DNA of 42,833 nucleotides from Archangium sp. (lineage in GTDB: Bacteria > Myxococcota > Myxococcia > Myxococcales > Myxococcaceae), in assembly GCA_031367385.1 (NCBI GenBank), contig JANLPS010000441.1, forward strand, positions 1 to 42,833. The letters run 5' to 3'. Under the pieces are notes generated by a model that was given only the letters and a program-made list of their open reading frames with translations, was not told the DNA's origin and ran no database searches. A program made the position numbers and the translations under genes. This document shows, in pieces, positions 34,937 to 42,833 of this stretch. Within the stretch, counting starts at the first letter, position 1; every line of letters begins with the position of its first letter.

Positions 34937-36135
34937 ATCTCGAGCAACAGACGTTGCGGGTCTTCGATGCAGTCTTTGATGCGAACCAAGAACTGCACCG
35001 CTTCACGGCCATCGATGAGCCGGTGGTCGTAGCTGAGCGCCAGGTACATGATCGGCCGAATCACGATCTGCCCGTCGCGCACCACCGCACGCTCGACGAT
35101 GTTGTGCATGCCCAAGATGCCGGTCTGCGGAGGGTTCAAAATCGGCGTCGACAACATCGAGCCGAAGATGCCGCCGTTCGAGACGGTGAAGGTGCCGCCC
35201 TGCAGTTCTTCGAGCTTGATCTTGTCGGCCTTGGCGCGCACGCCCAGGTCGGCGATGACTTTCTCGAGCTCGGCCATCGACTTCTGATCGGCGTCGCGAA
35301 TCACCGGCACCACCAGGCCCCGGCTGCCCGACACCGCCACGCCGATGTCGTAGTAGTGGTGAAAGACCACGTCGGTGCCGTCGAGCGACGCATTCACCGC
35401 GGGGAAGGTTTTGAGCGCCTCGAGCGCGGCCTTCACGAAGAAGCTCATGAAGCCCAGCTTGATGCCGTGCTTCTTCTCGAACTTCTCGTTGTACTGCTTG
35501 CGAACCGACATCACGGCGCTCATGTCGACTTCGTTGAACGTCGTGAGAATCGCCGCGGTCGATTGGGCCTGCAGCAGCCGCTCGGCGACCCGCTTGCGCA
35601 GGGGTGTCATCGCCACCCGCTCTTCTCCTCGCGCGCCGCTGGGCACCGTCATCGGAGTCGATGGGCCCTTCGCCTCGGCGGTAGTCGCACGCACCACGTC
35701 GTCTTTCATCACCCGGCCATTCACGCCCGAGCCTTGAATCGAGGCCGGGTCGACGCCCTTGTCGGCCGCCATCGCGCGCGCCACCGGCGTGGGGGCAGGC
35801 CCCGCCGCGCCGTTCGCCGCCGCCTTGGGAGCCGCCTCAGCCGCAGCCGGTTTTGAAGCAGCCGCCGCTGGAGCCGCCGCCGCCGCCCCGCCGCCCGCTC
35901 CGGCCGCGATCGCGCCGAGGGTGTCGCCGATCTTCACCTTGCCGCCTTCAGCCACGGCGATTGACTCGATCTTGCCGGCTTGGGGCGCTTGCACGTCGAT
36001 GGTGACCTTGTCGGTCTCGAGCACCGCCACGGCTTCGTCGGTCGCGACGCTGTCTCCCACTTTCTTGAGCCACTTGCCGATGACCGCTTCGGTGATCGAC
36101 TCGCCCAAGGTGGGTACTTTGATTTCGACTGACAT
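34933..36135 (-). CDS. sucB: 2-oxoglutarate dehydrogenase E2, dihydrolipoyllysine succinyltransferase
   Basis: Lipoyl domain LETDKV, E3-binding [20 protein letters not shown], catalytic YDHRLIDG. Confidence 0.97.
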   Translation of the reverse strand: MSVEIKVPTLGESITEAVIGKWLKKVGDSVATDEAVAVLETDKVTIDVQAPQAGKIESIAVAEGGKVKIGDTLGAIAAGAGGGAAAAAPAAAASKPAAAEAAPKAAANGAAGPAPTPVARAMAADKGVDPASIQGSGVNGRVMKDDVVRATTAEAKGPSTPMTVPSGARGEERVAMTPLRKRVAERLLQAQSTAAILTTFNEVDMSAVMSVRKQYNEKFEKKHGIKLGFMSFFVKAALEALKTFPAVNASLDGTDVVFHHYYDIGVAVSGSRGLVVPVIRDADQKSMAELEKVIADLGVRAKADKIKLEELQGGTFTVSNGGIFGSMLSTPILNPPQTGILGMHNIVERAVVRDGQIVIRPIMYLALSYDHRLIDGREAVQFLVRIKDCIEDPQRLLLEI

Positions 36136-38970
36136 TTAGTTTTTGCCTCGTGAGACGGCTTCGTCGACGAGCAGCTTCTGCTCGTAGTCGTGCGTGGATT
36201 TGTACCCGGTCGCGGGGCTCGCGCTCTCGGGGCGGCCGACGTATTTCACCGTCAGCCGGTTCTTCAGCTCTGCGCTCAGCGCCATCAAGGGCTCCAGGAG
36301 ATAGCGCCAGGCGCCGCTGTTTTTGGGCTCTTCTTGAACCCAGAACATCTCTTTGAGGCCCGGCATCGACTCGAGTGCGGCCTTCAATTCGGGCTCGGGC
36401 AGCGGGTAAAGCTGTTCGACGCGCACGATGGCGATGGTGAAGTCTTTGGCTGCATCACGGGCTTTGGCCAGGTCGAAGTACACCTTGCCGCTGCACAGCA
36501 GCAGGCGGGTGACCTTCGCCGGCACCACCGCTGGGTTCGGGTCGAGCAACACGCGCTTGTAGGTGCCGCTGGTGAATTCCTCCCACGGGCTGGTGGCTTC
36601 GGCCAGGCGCAGCAGACTCTTCGGCGTCATCACCACCAACGGCTTGCGAATCTTGCGAACGGCTTGTCGCCGCAGGAGGTGAAAGATCTGCGCCGCGGTG
36701 GTCGGGTAACAGACCTGCATGTTGTCTTCGGCGCACAGCTCCAAGAAGCGCTCGAGGCGCGCGCTCGAATGCTCGGGGCCCTGGCCCTCGTACCCGTGCG
36801 GCAACAGCAACGTCAGCCCGGTCAGCCGCCTCCACTTGTCTTCTGACGAGGCCAAGAACTGGTCGATCATCACCTGCGCGTTGTTGGCGAAGTCACCGAA
36901 CTGGGCCTCCCACGCGACCAGCGCCTCGGGTGAATCGAGCGAGTACCCGTACTCGAAGGCCATGCACGCCATTTCGCTGAGCGGGCTGTTGATGATCATC
37001 GCCGGCCCTTGCCCAGGCTCGATCGCGCCGAGGGGGAAGACCTCTTCACCCGTCTTCACGTTGTGCAAGACCGCGTGCCGGTGCGCGAAGGTGCCGCGCT
37101 CGGTGTCTTGGCCGGTCACCCGCACCCGGTATTTTTCGGTCACCAGCGTCGCGTAGGCCAGCATCTCGCCCGCGCCCCAGTTGAGCTTCTCGTCACCGGC
37201 GATCATCTTGAGTCTCAGGTCGATGACGCTCTTCTGAATGTTCGGGTGCACCGCCCAACCTTCGGGCAGCGTCGCCAGCTTCTGCAGCAGCCCCTTGAGC
37301 TTCGCGAGCGGCACGCCGGTCTCGACCTGGGGCACGTCTTTGTCGTTGCCTCCGACGTAGTTGCGCCAGACACCCTGCAGGCTGCTCGGGTCTTTGACCG
37401 TGCTCTCGACCTTCGAACGGGCATGCGCCTCGGCGAAGCTCTTGAGGCTCTCGTCGTACATCGCCTTCGAGCCCTCGGCAGGCAACCGGTTCTCGGCCGC
37501 CAGCTGATCAGCGTAAATCTGCCGCACCGTCTTCTTGGCGCGAATCAGCTCGTACATCTTCGGCTGGGTGAACGCCGGCTCGTCGCCCTCGTTGTGCCCG
37601 TACTTGCGGTAGCACACCAGGTCGATGACCACGTCGGTGTGAAAGCGCTGCCGGTACTCGGTGGCGATTCGCATCACGTGCACGCAGGCTTCGACGTCGT
37701 CGCCGTTCACATGAAAAATGGGGATGTCGAGCATCGCCGCCTGGCCGGTGCAGTACAGGGGCGTGCGGCCTTGCTTGGCCTCGGTGGTGTACCCAATCTG
37801 GTTGTTGATGATCAGGTGCATCGTGCCGCCGGTGTCGTAGGCGTCGAGGCCCCCGAGGTTGAGCGTCTCAGGCACCAGCCCCTGGCCCGAGAACGCCGCG
37901 TCGCCGTGAATGACCAGCGGCACGATCGCGTGACGGGCCGCTGCTCCAGCGAGCGCTCGGTCTTGCTTGGCGCGCACCCGCCCCTCGACCACCGGGTGCA
38001 CGAAGCCCAGGTGCGACGGGTTGAAGGCCATCGTCAGGTGAATGTTCTGCCCCGCCGCGGTCTTGAAATCGGTGGAGTACCCCATGTGGTACTTCACATC
38101 GCCGCGGTTCAGGTACTTGGTCGGGTCTGAGGGCCCGGCGATCTCGCTGAAGATCTCGTCGGCGGGTTTGCCGATGATGTTGGTGAGCACGTTGAGGCGG
38201 CCACGGTGGGCCATGCCCATTACGACCTCTTTGACCCCCAGCGTGCCACCGAGCTCGAGAAACTCGCTCAGCATCGCGATCTGTACTTCGCCGCCCTCGG
38301 CCGAGAAGCGCTTAACGCCCTGAAACTTGGTTTGAATCGTGGTCTCGAAGGTCTCCGCGTCGGTCAGCTTGCGCAGCATTCGCTTCTGCTCTTCCAACGT
38401 GAAGCTGGTGCGGTTGTCGGAGTGCTCCATGCGCTGCATCAGCCAGCGCCGACGCTCCGAGTCGTACATGTGAATGTACTCAACGCCGATGCGCTGGGTG
38501 TAGGTGGCGCGCAATCGCTTGAGCACTTGGCGCAGCGGCATTCGCGGCGCATCGAACGTGCCCTGCGCGTCGACCACCGTGTCGAGCTCGGTGTCAGAGA
38601 AGTGCACCTTGCTGACCAGGCCCAGGTCGGCCACGTGCTCGAGCGCCGGGCGGGGCACCCCGAGCGGGTCGAGCTGGGTCAGCAGGTGCCCCCGCAATCG
38701 AAAGCTGAACACCGTCTGGTCGAGCTTGCTCTGCAGCCCCATCGCCTCGGGGTTGACGGCCGGGGCCGCTTTGCCATTCGCACCATTTCGCACCGACGCC
38801 CGAGGCAGTTGGAGCCCATCGATGATAAGAGGTCGTCCGTCGCGCTGAACGGACCCGAACAGGTCTTTCCAGCTTGAGTCGACGCTCGAGGGGTCTTCGA
38901 GAAAGCGCGCGTATTGCGCTTCGATGAAGTCGATGTTGGCGCCAGTCAGGTAGGAGTCGGAAATCGGCAT
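36136..38970 (-). CDS. sucA: 2-oxoglutarate dehydrogenase E1
   Basis: GMAHRGRLN, GDVKYH, HGDAAFSGQG, GHNEGDEP, WEAQFGDF and PHGYEGQGPEHSSAR motifs. Confidence 0.98.
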   Translation of the reverse strand: MPISDSYLTGANIDFIEAQYARFLEDPSSVDSSWKDLFGSVQRDGRPLIIDGLQLPRASVRNGANGKAAPAVNPEAMGLQSKLDQTVFSFRLRGHLLTQLDPLGVPRPALEHVADLGLVSKVHFSDTELDTVVDAQGTFDAPRMPLRQVLKRLRATYTQRIGVEYIHMYDSERRRWLMQRMEHSDNRTSFTLEEQKRMLRKLTDAETFETTIQTKFQGVKRFSAEGGEVQIAMLSEFLELGGTLGVKEVVMGMAHRGRLNVLTNIIGKPADEIFSEIAGPSDPTKYLNRGDVKYHMGYSTDFKTAAGQNIHLTMAFNPSHLGFVHPVVEGRVRAKQDRALAGAAARHAIVPLVIHGDAAFSGQGLVPETLNLGGLDAYDTGGTMHLIINNQIGYTTEAKQGRTPLYCTGQAAMLDIPIFHVNGDDVEACVHVMRIATEYRQRFHTDVVIDLVCYRKYGHNEGDEPAFTQPKMYELIRAKKTVRQIYADQLAAENRLPAEGSKAMYDESLKSFAEAHARSKVESTVKDPSSLQGVWRNYVGGNDKDVPQVETGVPLAKLKGLLQKLATLPEGWAVHPNIQKSVIDLRLKMIAGDEKLNWGAGEMLAYATLVTEKYRVRVTGQDTERGTFAHRHAVLHNVKTGEEVFPLGAIEPGQGPAMIINSPLSEMACMAFEYGYSLDSPEALVAWEAQFGDFANNAQVMIDQFLASSEDKWRRLTGLTLLLPHGYEGQGPEHSSARLERFLELCAEDNMQVCYPTTAAQIFHLLRRQAVRKIRKPLVVMTPKSLLRLAEATSPWEEFTSGTYKRVLLDPNPAVVPAKVTRLLLCSGKVYFDLAKARDAAKDFTIAIVRVEQLYPLPEPELKAALESMPGLKEMFWVQEEPKNSGAWRYLLEPLMALSAELKNRLTVKYVGRPESASPATGYKSTHDYEQKLLVDEAVSRGKN

Positions 38971-39007
38971 GGCTCAATCCTTTTATTCTGCGTTCGGCAC
39001 GCGCTCC

Positions 39008-39664
39008 ATGATTCGTTCAATCTGCGGTGCGCTTCTTTTCTTATCGAGCACCGCGGCTGCCGCTGGCCCGAACTTCTCAGAGGGAGGGTTCGTCGTAAGC
39101 GTTCAATATGGCCCGGGTTTTTGGGGCCTCGACAAGGCCCGGCTCAGCAATCAAGTCGGCCCTGACCTGGCCAATACCTTCATAACCGAGACCCAAAACA
39201 CCCACACGGTGTCTCTGGGGCTGGCCTACAACATCTTGGGCCACGCCAGCGTCGGCGCCGATCTCACCGCCACCGGGTGGAACCTGACGCAAAGTAACCG
39301 CGGCGGAGCGGGCTTTCTCATCGGCAAAGTCGCCTGGCACCCGCTCCAACTGGTGTGGATGCAGAAAGAGCGTCGGCCCCTCTCGCTCGACGTGAGCCCC
39401 TGGTTCGGGTTGGGCTACGGCATCACCGGTCAGACGACGGGTTCTGACGGCTTGGTGTTCGAAACCGGGTTGAACGTCGACTACTTCTTCACCAGGTACT
39501 TCGGCATCGGCTTCTTCGCCCGCTTCGTCTTCTTGAGCTACGCCAATTTCTACCTCGACTACAACAACCGCTCGTTGCCGGGCAGCACCCTGCCGCTCAA
39601 AGACAGCAGCGGTGGCAACTTCATCAGCATCGGGTTCGCCATTCACTTTCGCGCGGGCGAATGA
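39008..39664 (+). CDS. Small outer-membrane beta-barrel protein
   Basis: ATG at 39008, signal peptide ending AAA, about 8 amphipathic strands, C-terminal ISIGFAIHF. Confidence 0.7.
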   Translation: MIRSICGALLFLSSTAAAAGPNFSEGGFVVSVQYGPGFWGLDKARLSNQVGPDLANTFITETQNTHTVSLGLAYNILGHASVGADLTATGWNLTQSNRGGAGFLIGKVAWHPLQLVWMQKERRPLSLDVSPWFGLGYGITGQTTGSDGLVFETGLNVDYFFTRYFGIGFFARFVFLSYANFYLDYNNRSLPGSTLPLKDSSGGNFISIGFAIHFRAGE

Positions 39665-39694
39665 ACGGGGCAGCTCTTCGCCGCCACCCGCCTA

Positions 39695-41239
39695 TTAACT
39701 GAAGGCGAACCACACGGCGGCGAAGCCCAGGCTGACCGCCCCAACGAAAATGCCCCCGAACACGAGCCCCATCTTCCACCGGCTGTCGGCGAAGTCGCTG
39801 GTGCCGCTGCCCGAGGGTGGCTCGTCGTCGTTGCCGATTGCGTCGATCTCTTGAATCAGCGAGCGCTCGATCAGCGGCTCTTTGACGTCATCGAAGCTCA
39901 TGCCGAAGCTGGTGCGGGTCGGGCTCACCACCAGCAGCTGCGGCTTCTTCGAGACGCGCGCGCCCACCCCGGTGAACAACGGCGGCATCGGCGGAGGAGG
40001 CCCCGCGTCGGCCGGCTTCTTCGGCGCTCCACCGGGGTCGGTGATGTCTTGATCATTCTGAAAGTCTTCGGGCGCCAGCACCGCGGTGTGCTCGAAAGCG
40101 AGCGCGGTCGGCGGCACCACCTGGCGCTTGCGGGTCTTCTCGCGCGACGCGTCGACGACCGTCTTGCCGTACACGACCTCGGCGAGCACCGCGTCTTCGG
40201 CCACTTTTTCTCGGTGAAAAGCGCGCGAGAGCAGATCAGCCAAATCTTTTTGGCCGACGTTGGGCGCATACCGCATGCGCATCGCCCGCAGCGCCGAGCC
40301 GAACTGGGCCGCGGTCGCGTAGCGATCTCTGGGGTCTTTCTTCAGCGCCTTCAAGATCACCGCGTCGACCTCGGGCGGCAAGCTCGAGTGGTGCATCGAC
40401 GGAGCGTCCCACACCGGGTTGGCGGCCTTGCGCCATCGTTCAATCGGGTCGCCCTTCTGCGGCAGCGCATGCCAGGCGAGCAACTCCCAGAGCATCACGC
40501 CGCACGAGTAGAGGTCGGCGCGACCATCGACGATCTGCTTCTTGGCCTGCTCGGGCGACATGTAGGTCAGGTTGCCGATGACGACCCGCGGGGCGGTCTG
40601 TTCTTCTTTGAGCGTCGACTGCGCGGCGCCGAAGTCGATGATCTTCACCTCACCGCGATACGAGATGCACACGTTCGCGGGTGAGAGATCTCGATGCACC
40701 AACGCCAACGGGTTGTTGCGCTCGTCTTTCGCCTCGTGCGCGTACTGCAGGCCTTCGCACACCATCTCGCCAATCAACAAGATGATGCCCAGCGGCATCT
40801 CGACCTTGCGATCTCGCAGGCGCTTGGTGAAGCGGCTCACCGTCTTGCCCTGCACGTACTCCATCGAGAGGTAGTACTCCCCGTCGACGTCGCCCATCGC
40901 GTACACCCGCGCGATGTTGTTGTGCGAAAGCCGCACCACCACCTTGGCTTCATCGAGAAATCGGCCAACGAAGGCGCGGTTCGCCACCAGGTTCGGCAGC
41001 ACCTTCTTCACCACGCAGGCCCGAGGCGGAGACACGCTCTCGCGCGCCAAAAACACTTCTCCCATGCCGCCGGCGCCGATTCGGCGAATCAGTTGATATC
41101 GACCGAAGGGCAACGGCGCCTCCGGCGTGGGCTCCTGCAACATGAGCGCAGCAGCTTGGGCGCGCGGCGGCACTGAGGCAACCGCTGGCGCCTCTCCTGA
41201 CCGTCTGCCTTTCGCAGGGCTGTCGCTGTCTGCGTTCAT
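39695..41239 (-). CDS. Ser/Thr protein kinase with a C-terminal membrane anchor
   Basis: GAGGMGEV, VVK, HRDLSPAN, DFG and YMSPE motifs; terminal TM LVFGGIFVGAVSLGFAAVWF. Start uncertain (ATG 41239 chosen). Confidence 0.92.
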   Translation of the reverse strand: MNADSDSPAKGRRSGEAPAVASVPPRAQAAALMLQEPTPEAPLPFGRYQLIRRIGAGGMGEVFLARESVSPPRACVVKKVLPNLVANRAFVGRFLDEAKVVVRLSHNNIARVYAMGDVDGEYYLSMEYVQGKTVSRFTKRLRDRKVEMPLGIILLIGEMVCEGLQYAHEAKDERNNPLALVHRDLSPANVCISYRGEVKIIDFGAAQSTLKEEQTAPRVVIGNLTYMSPEQAKKQIVDGRADLYSCGVMLWELLAWHALPQKGDPIERWRKAANPVWDAPSMHHSSLPPEVDAVILKALKKDPRDRYATAAQFGSALRAMRMRYAPNVGQKDLADLLSRAFHREKVAEDAVLAEVVYGKTVVDASREKTRKRQVVPPTALAFEHTAVLAPEDFQNDQDITDPGGAPKKPADAGPPPPMPPLFTGVGARVSKKPQLLVVSPTRTSFGMSFDDVKEPLIERSLIQEIDAIGNDDEPPSGSGTSDFADSRWKMGLVFGGIFVGAVSLGFAAVWFAFS

Positions 41240-41409
41240 CTCGGCACGCACCTATGCCTACACTGGTTCAGGGGGTTATCGACACTGTGCGTCACCGGTT
41301 GCGCGCGTTTTTAACCCGTTGATCTCACTCTGGGCGTGGTGCACCGACGTCGACCCAGGGTGGATCAGACGGCTTGACACCTCAGGCCCTCCACGGTGGA
41401 AGACGCGAC

Positions 41410-42396
41410 ATGAAATTGGCCACCCTGAAGACCTCCAGCCGTGATGGAGCCCTGCTGGTCGTCGCCCGCGACCTCTCGAAGTGGGCCCTGGCCACCGCGA
41501 TCGCGCCGAGCCTGCAAGCCGCGCTCGATGACTGGCCCCACGCCGAGCCGAAGCTCAAGGCCCTCGCCGCGCAGCTCGAGGCGGGTACCGTGCCGTCAGA
41601 GCCGTTCGAAGTGAAGCGGCTCCACGCGCCCTTGCCGCGGGCCTACGAGTGGGTCGACGGCAGCGCGTATCTGAACCACGTGCTGCTGGTGCGAAAGGCG
41701 CGCAAGGCCGAGCCCCCGGCGACGCTGAAGACCGACCCGTTGGTGTACCAGGGCGGCAGCGGCGACTTTCTGTCGCCAACCGATGACATCGTGATTCGCG
41801 ACGAGGCCTGGGGGTGCGATTTCGAGTCTGAGGTCGCGGTGATTCTGGGCGACGTGCCGATGGGGGTGGCGGCGGCCGATGCGGCGAAGCACGTGCGGCT
41901 GGTCATGCTCGTCAATGACGTGTCGCTGCGAAACCTGATCCCCGATGAGCTGGCGAAGAACTTCGGCTTCTTTCAGAGCAAGCCCGCGACTGGGTTTTCT
42001 CCAGTGGCGTGCACGCCTGACGAGCTCGGCGCGGCGTGGGCTGGCGGCCGGCTGCACCTGCGGGTGAAGACCACGCTCAATGGCGAAACGGTTGGCGACA
42101 CCGACGCGGGCCCCGAGATGCACTTCAGCTTTTACGAGTTGATCGCGCACCTGACCAAGACGCGCAGGTTCACCGCCGGCACGATTCTCGGCAGCGGCAC
42201 CGTCTCGAACGAAGACCGGGCCCGCGGCATCTCGTGTCTGGCCGAGCGCAGAATGATCGAGACCATCGAGCTCGGCGCGCCCAAGACCCCGTTCATGAAG
42301 CACGGAGACCGGGTCACCATTGAGAGCTTCGATGGCGGTGGCAAGAGCGTCTTCGGGCGCATTGATCAGCAGGTAAGGCTCGAGAAGGAGACCTGA
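41410..42396 (+). CDS. Fumarylacetoacetate hydrolase family protein
   Basis: MKLATLK...RDG, DGSAY, YQGGS, DFESEVAV, NDVSLR, FQSKP and GSGTVSN motifs. Confidence 0.93.
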   Translation: MKLATLKTSSRDGALLVVARDLSKWALATAIAPSLQAALDDWPHAEPKLKALAAQLEAGTVPSEPFEVKRLHAPLPRAYEWVDGSAYLNHVLLVRKARKAEPPATLKTDPLVYQGGSGDFLSPTDDIVIRDEAWGCDFESEVAVILGDVPMGVAAADAAKHVRLVMLVNDVSLRNLIPDELAKNFGFFQSKPATGFSPVACTPDELGAAWAGGRLHLRVKTTLNGETVGDTDAGPEMHFSFYELIAHLTKTRRFTAGTILGSGTVSNEDRARGISCLAERRMIETIELGAPKTPFMKHGDRVTIESFDGGGKSVFGRIDQQVRLEKET

Positions 42397-42434
42397 GTCG
42401 CAACGTGTGCCAGCGGTACGCAGATATCCTCTGC

Positions 42435-42833
42435 ATGGCTCGAACGCTCGCACTCGGTGACTGCATGCCGCAGGCCTTGACCATGCCCGCCCTGGGTACG
42501 GTCAAGATCGGCATCAGCGAGGCGACCCTGTTGCCCAAGGGAGCCAAAGAGTTGAGCACCTCGTCGAGCTGGGCGGAACGTACCACCCGCCTCGACCTCG
42601 ACGGCGATGGCCGTGCCGACGTCGTGCGCATCGAGAGCCTCGATAAATCGGGGAAGCCGTGGCTGACTGAATTTCGCCAGGCCACCGGCGCGCTCGATGG
42701 CTTCAACATCGCCATCAAGCGTGGCCGAGTCGCCGACATCGCGGTGTACATCGGCGGCAAAGCAGAGACGCTCTCGTACAACAGCCGCCAGCGCCTCGGG
42801 CATTCGGTGAGCTCGACCGACACCAACCGCACC
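42435..42833 (+). CDS. Hypothetical protein, 3' truncated by the window edge
   Basis: Not in the ORF track. Open frame from ATG 42435 to the end (MARTLALGDC...DLDGDGRADVV...), GC-rich third positions, a DxDxDG motif. Start uncertain. Confidence 0.6.
   Translation, partial: MARTLALGDCMPQALTMPALGTVKIGISEATLLPKGAKELSTSSSWAERTTRLDLDGDGRADVVRIESLDKSGKPWLTEFRQATGALDGFNIAIKRGRVADIAVYIGGKAETLSYNSRQRLGHSVSSTDTNRT

Noticed and set aside
42314..42832. Minus-strand ORFs at the right edge
   Set aside because: The plus-strand open frame from 42435 has a better codon pattern and a DxDxDG motif; the minus ORFs look like its shadows.

Overview
GC-rich bacterial chromosome segment, most likely from a myxobacterium (Myxococcota). 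The evidence is a DUF2378/TIGR02265-type gene, an AgmC-like surface protein with a MYXO-CTERM-like tail, five Hanks-type Ser/Thr kinases, and Cys-rich DSG/DAG-repeat lipoproteins. It holds about 37 tightly packed CDSs. Housekeeping genes include sucA, sucB, a cold-shock protein, sfsA, a PilT-family ATPase, an FAH-family hydrolase, a HAD phosphatase and a PLP aminotransferase. Transport genes are a fused amino-acid ABC transporter and a complete TatT-containing TRAP (TPAT) system. The best candidate for an undescribed system is a translationally coupled operon at 3911-9253: receptor-like Ser/Thr kinase with a periplasmic sensor, lipoprotein, outer-membrane beta-barrel, and secreted type-1-copper cupredoxin. 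Also notable are an ECF sigma/kinase pair with a degenerate DAED motif, a pilT-kinase-TPR-knottin-like lipoprotein cluster, a 42-bp-period tandem array, a perfect 24-bp inverted repeat, and two related REP-like elements, one read in frame inside dctQ. I saw no rRNA, tRNA, CRISPR array or transposase. All family calls come from motif recognition by eye; no searches were run.
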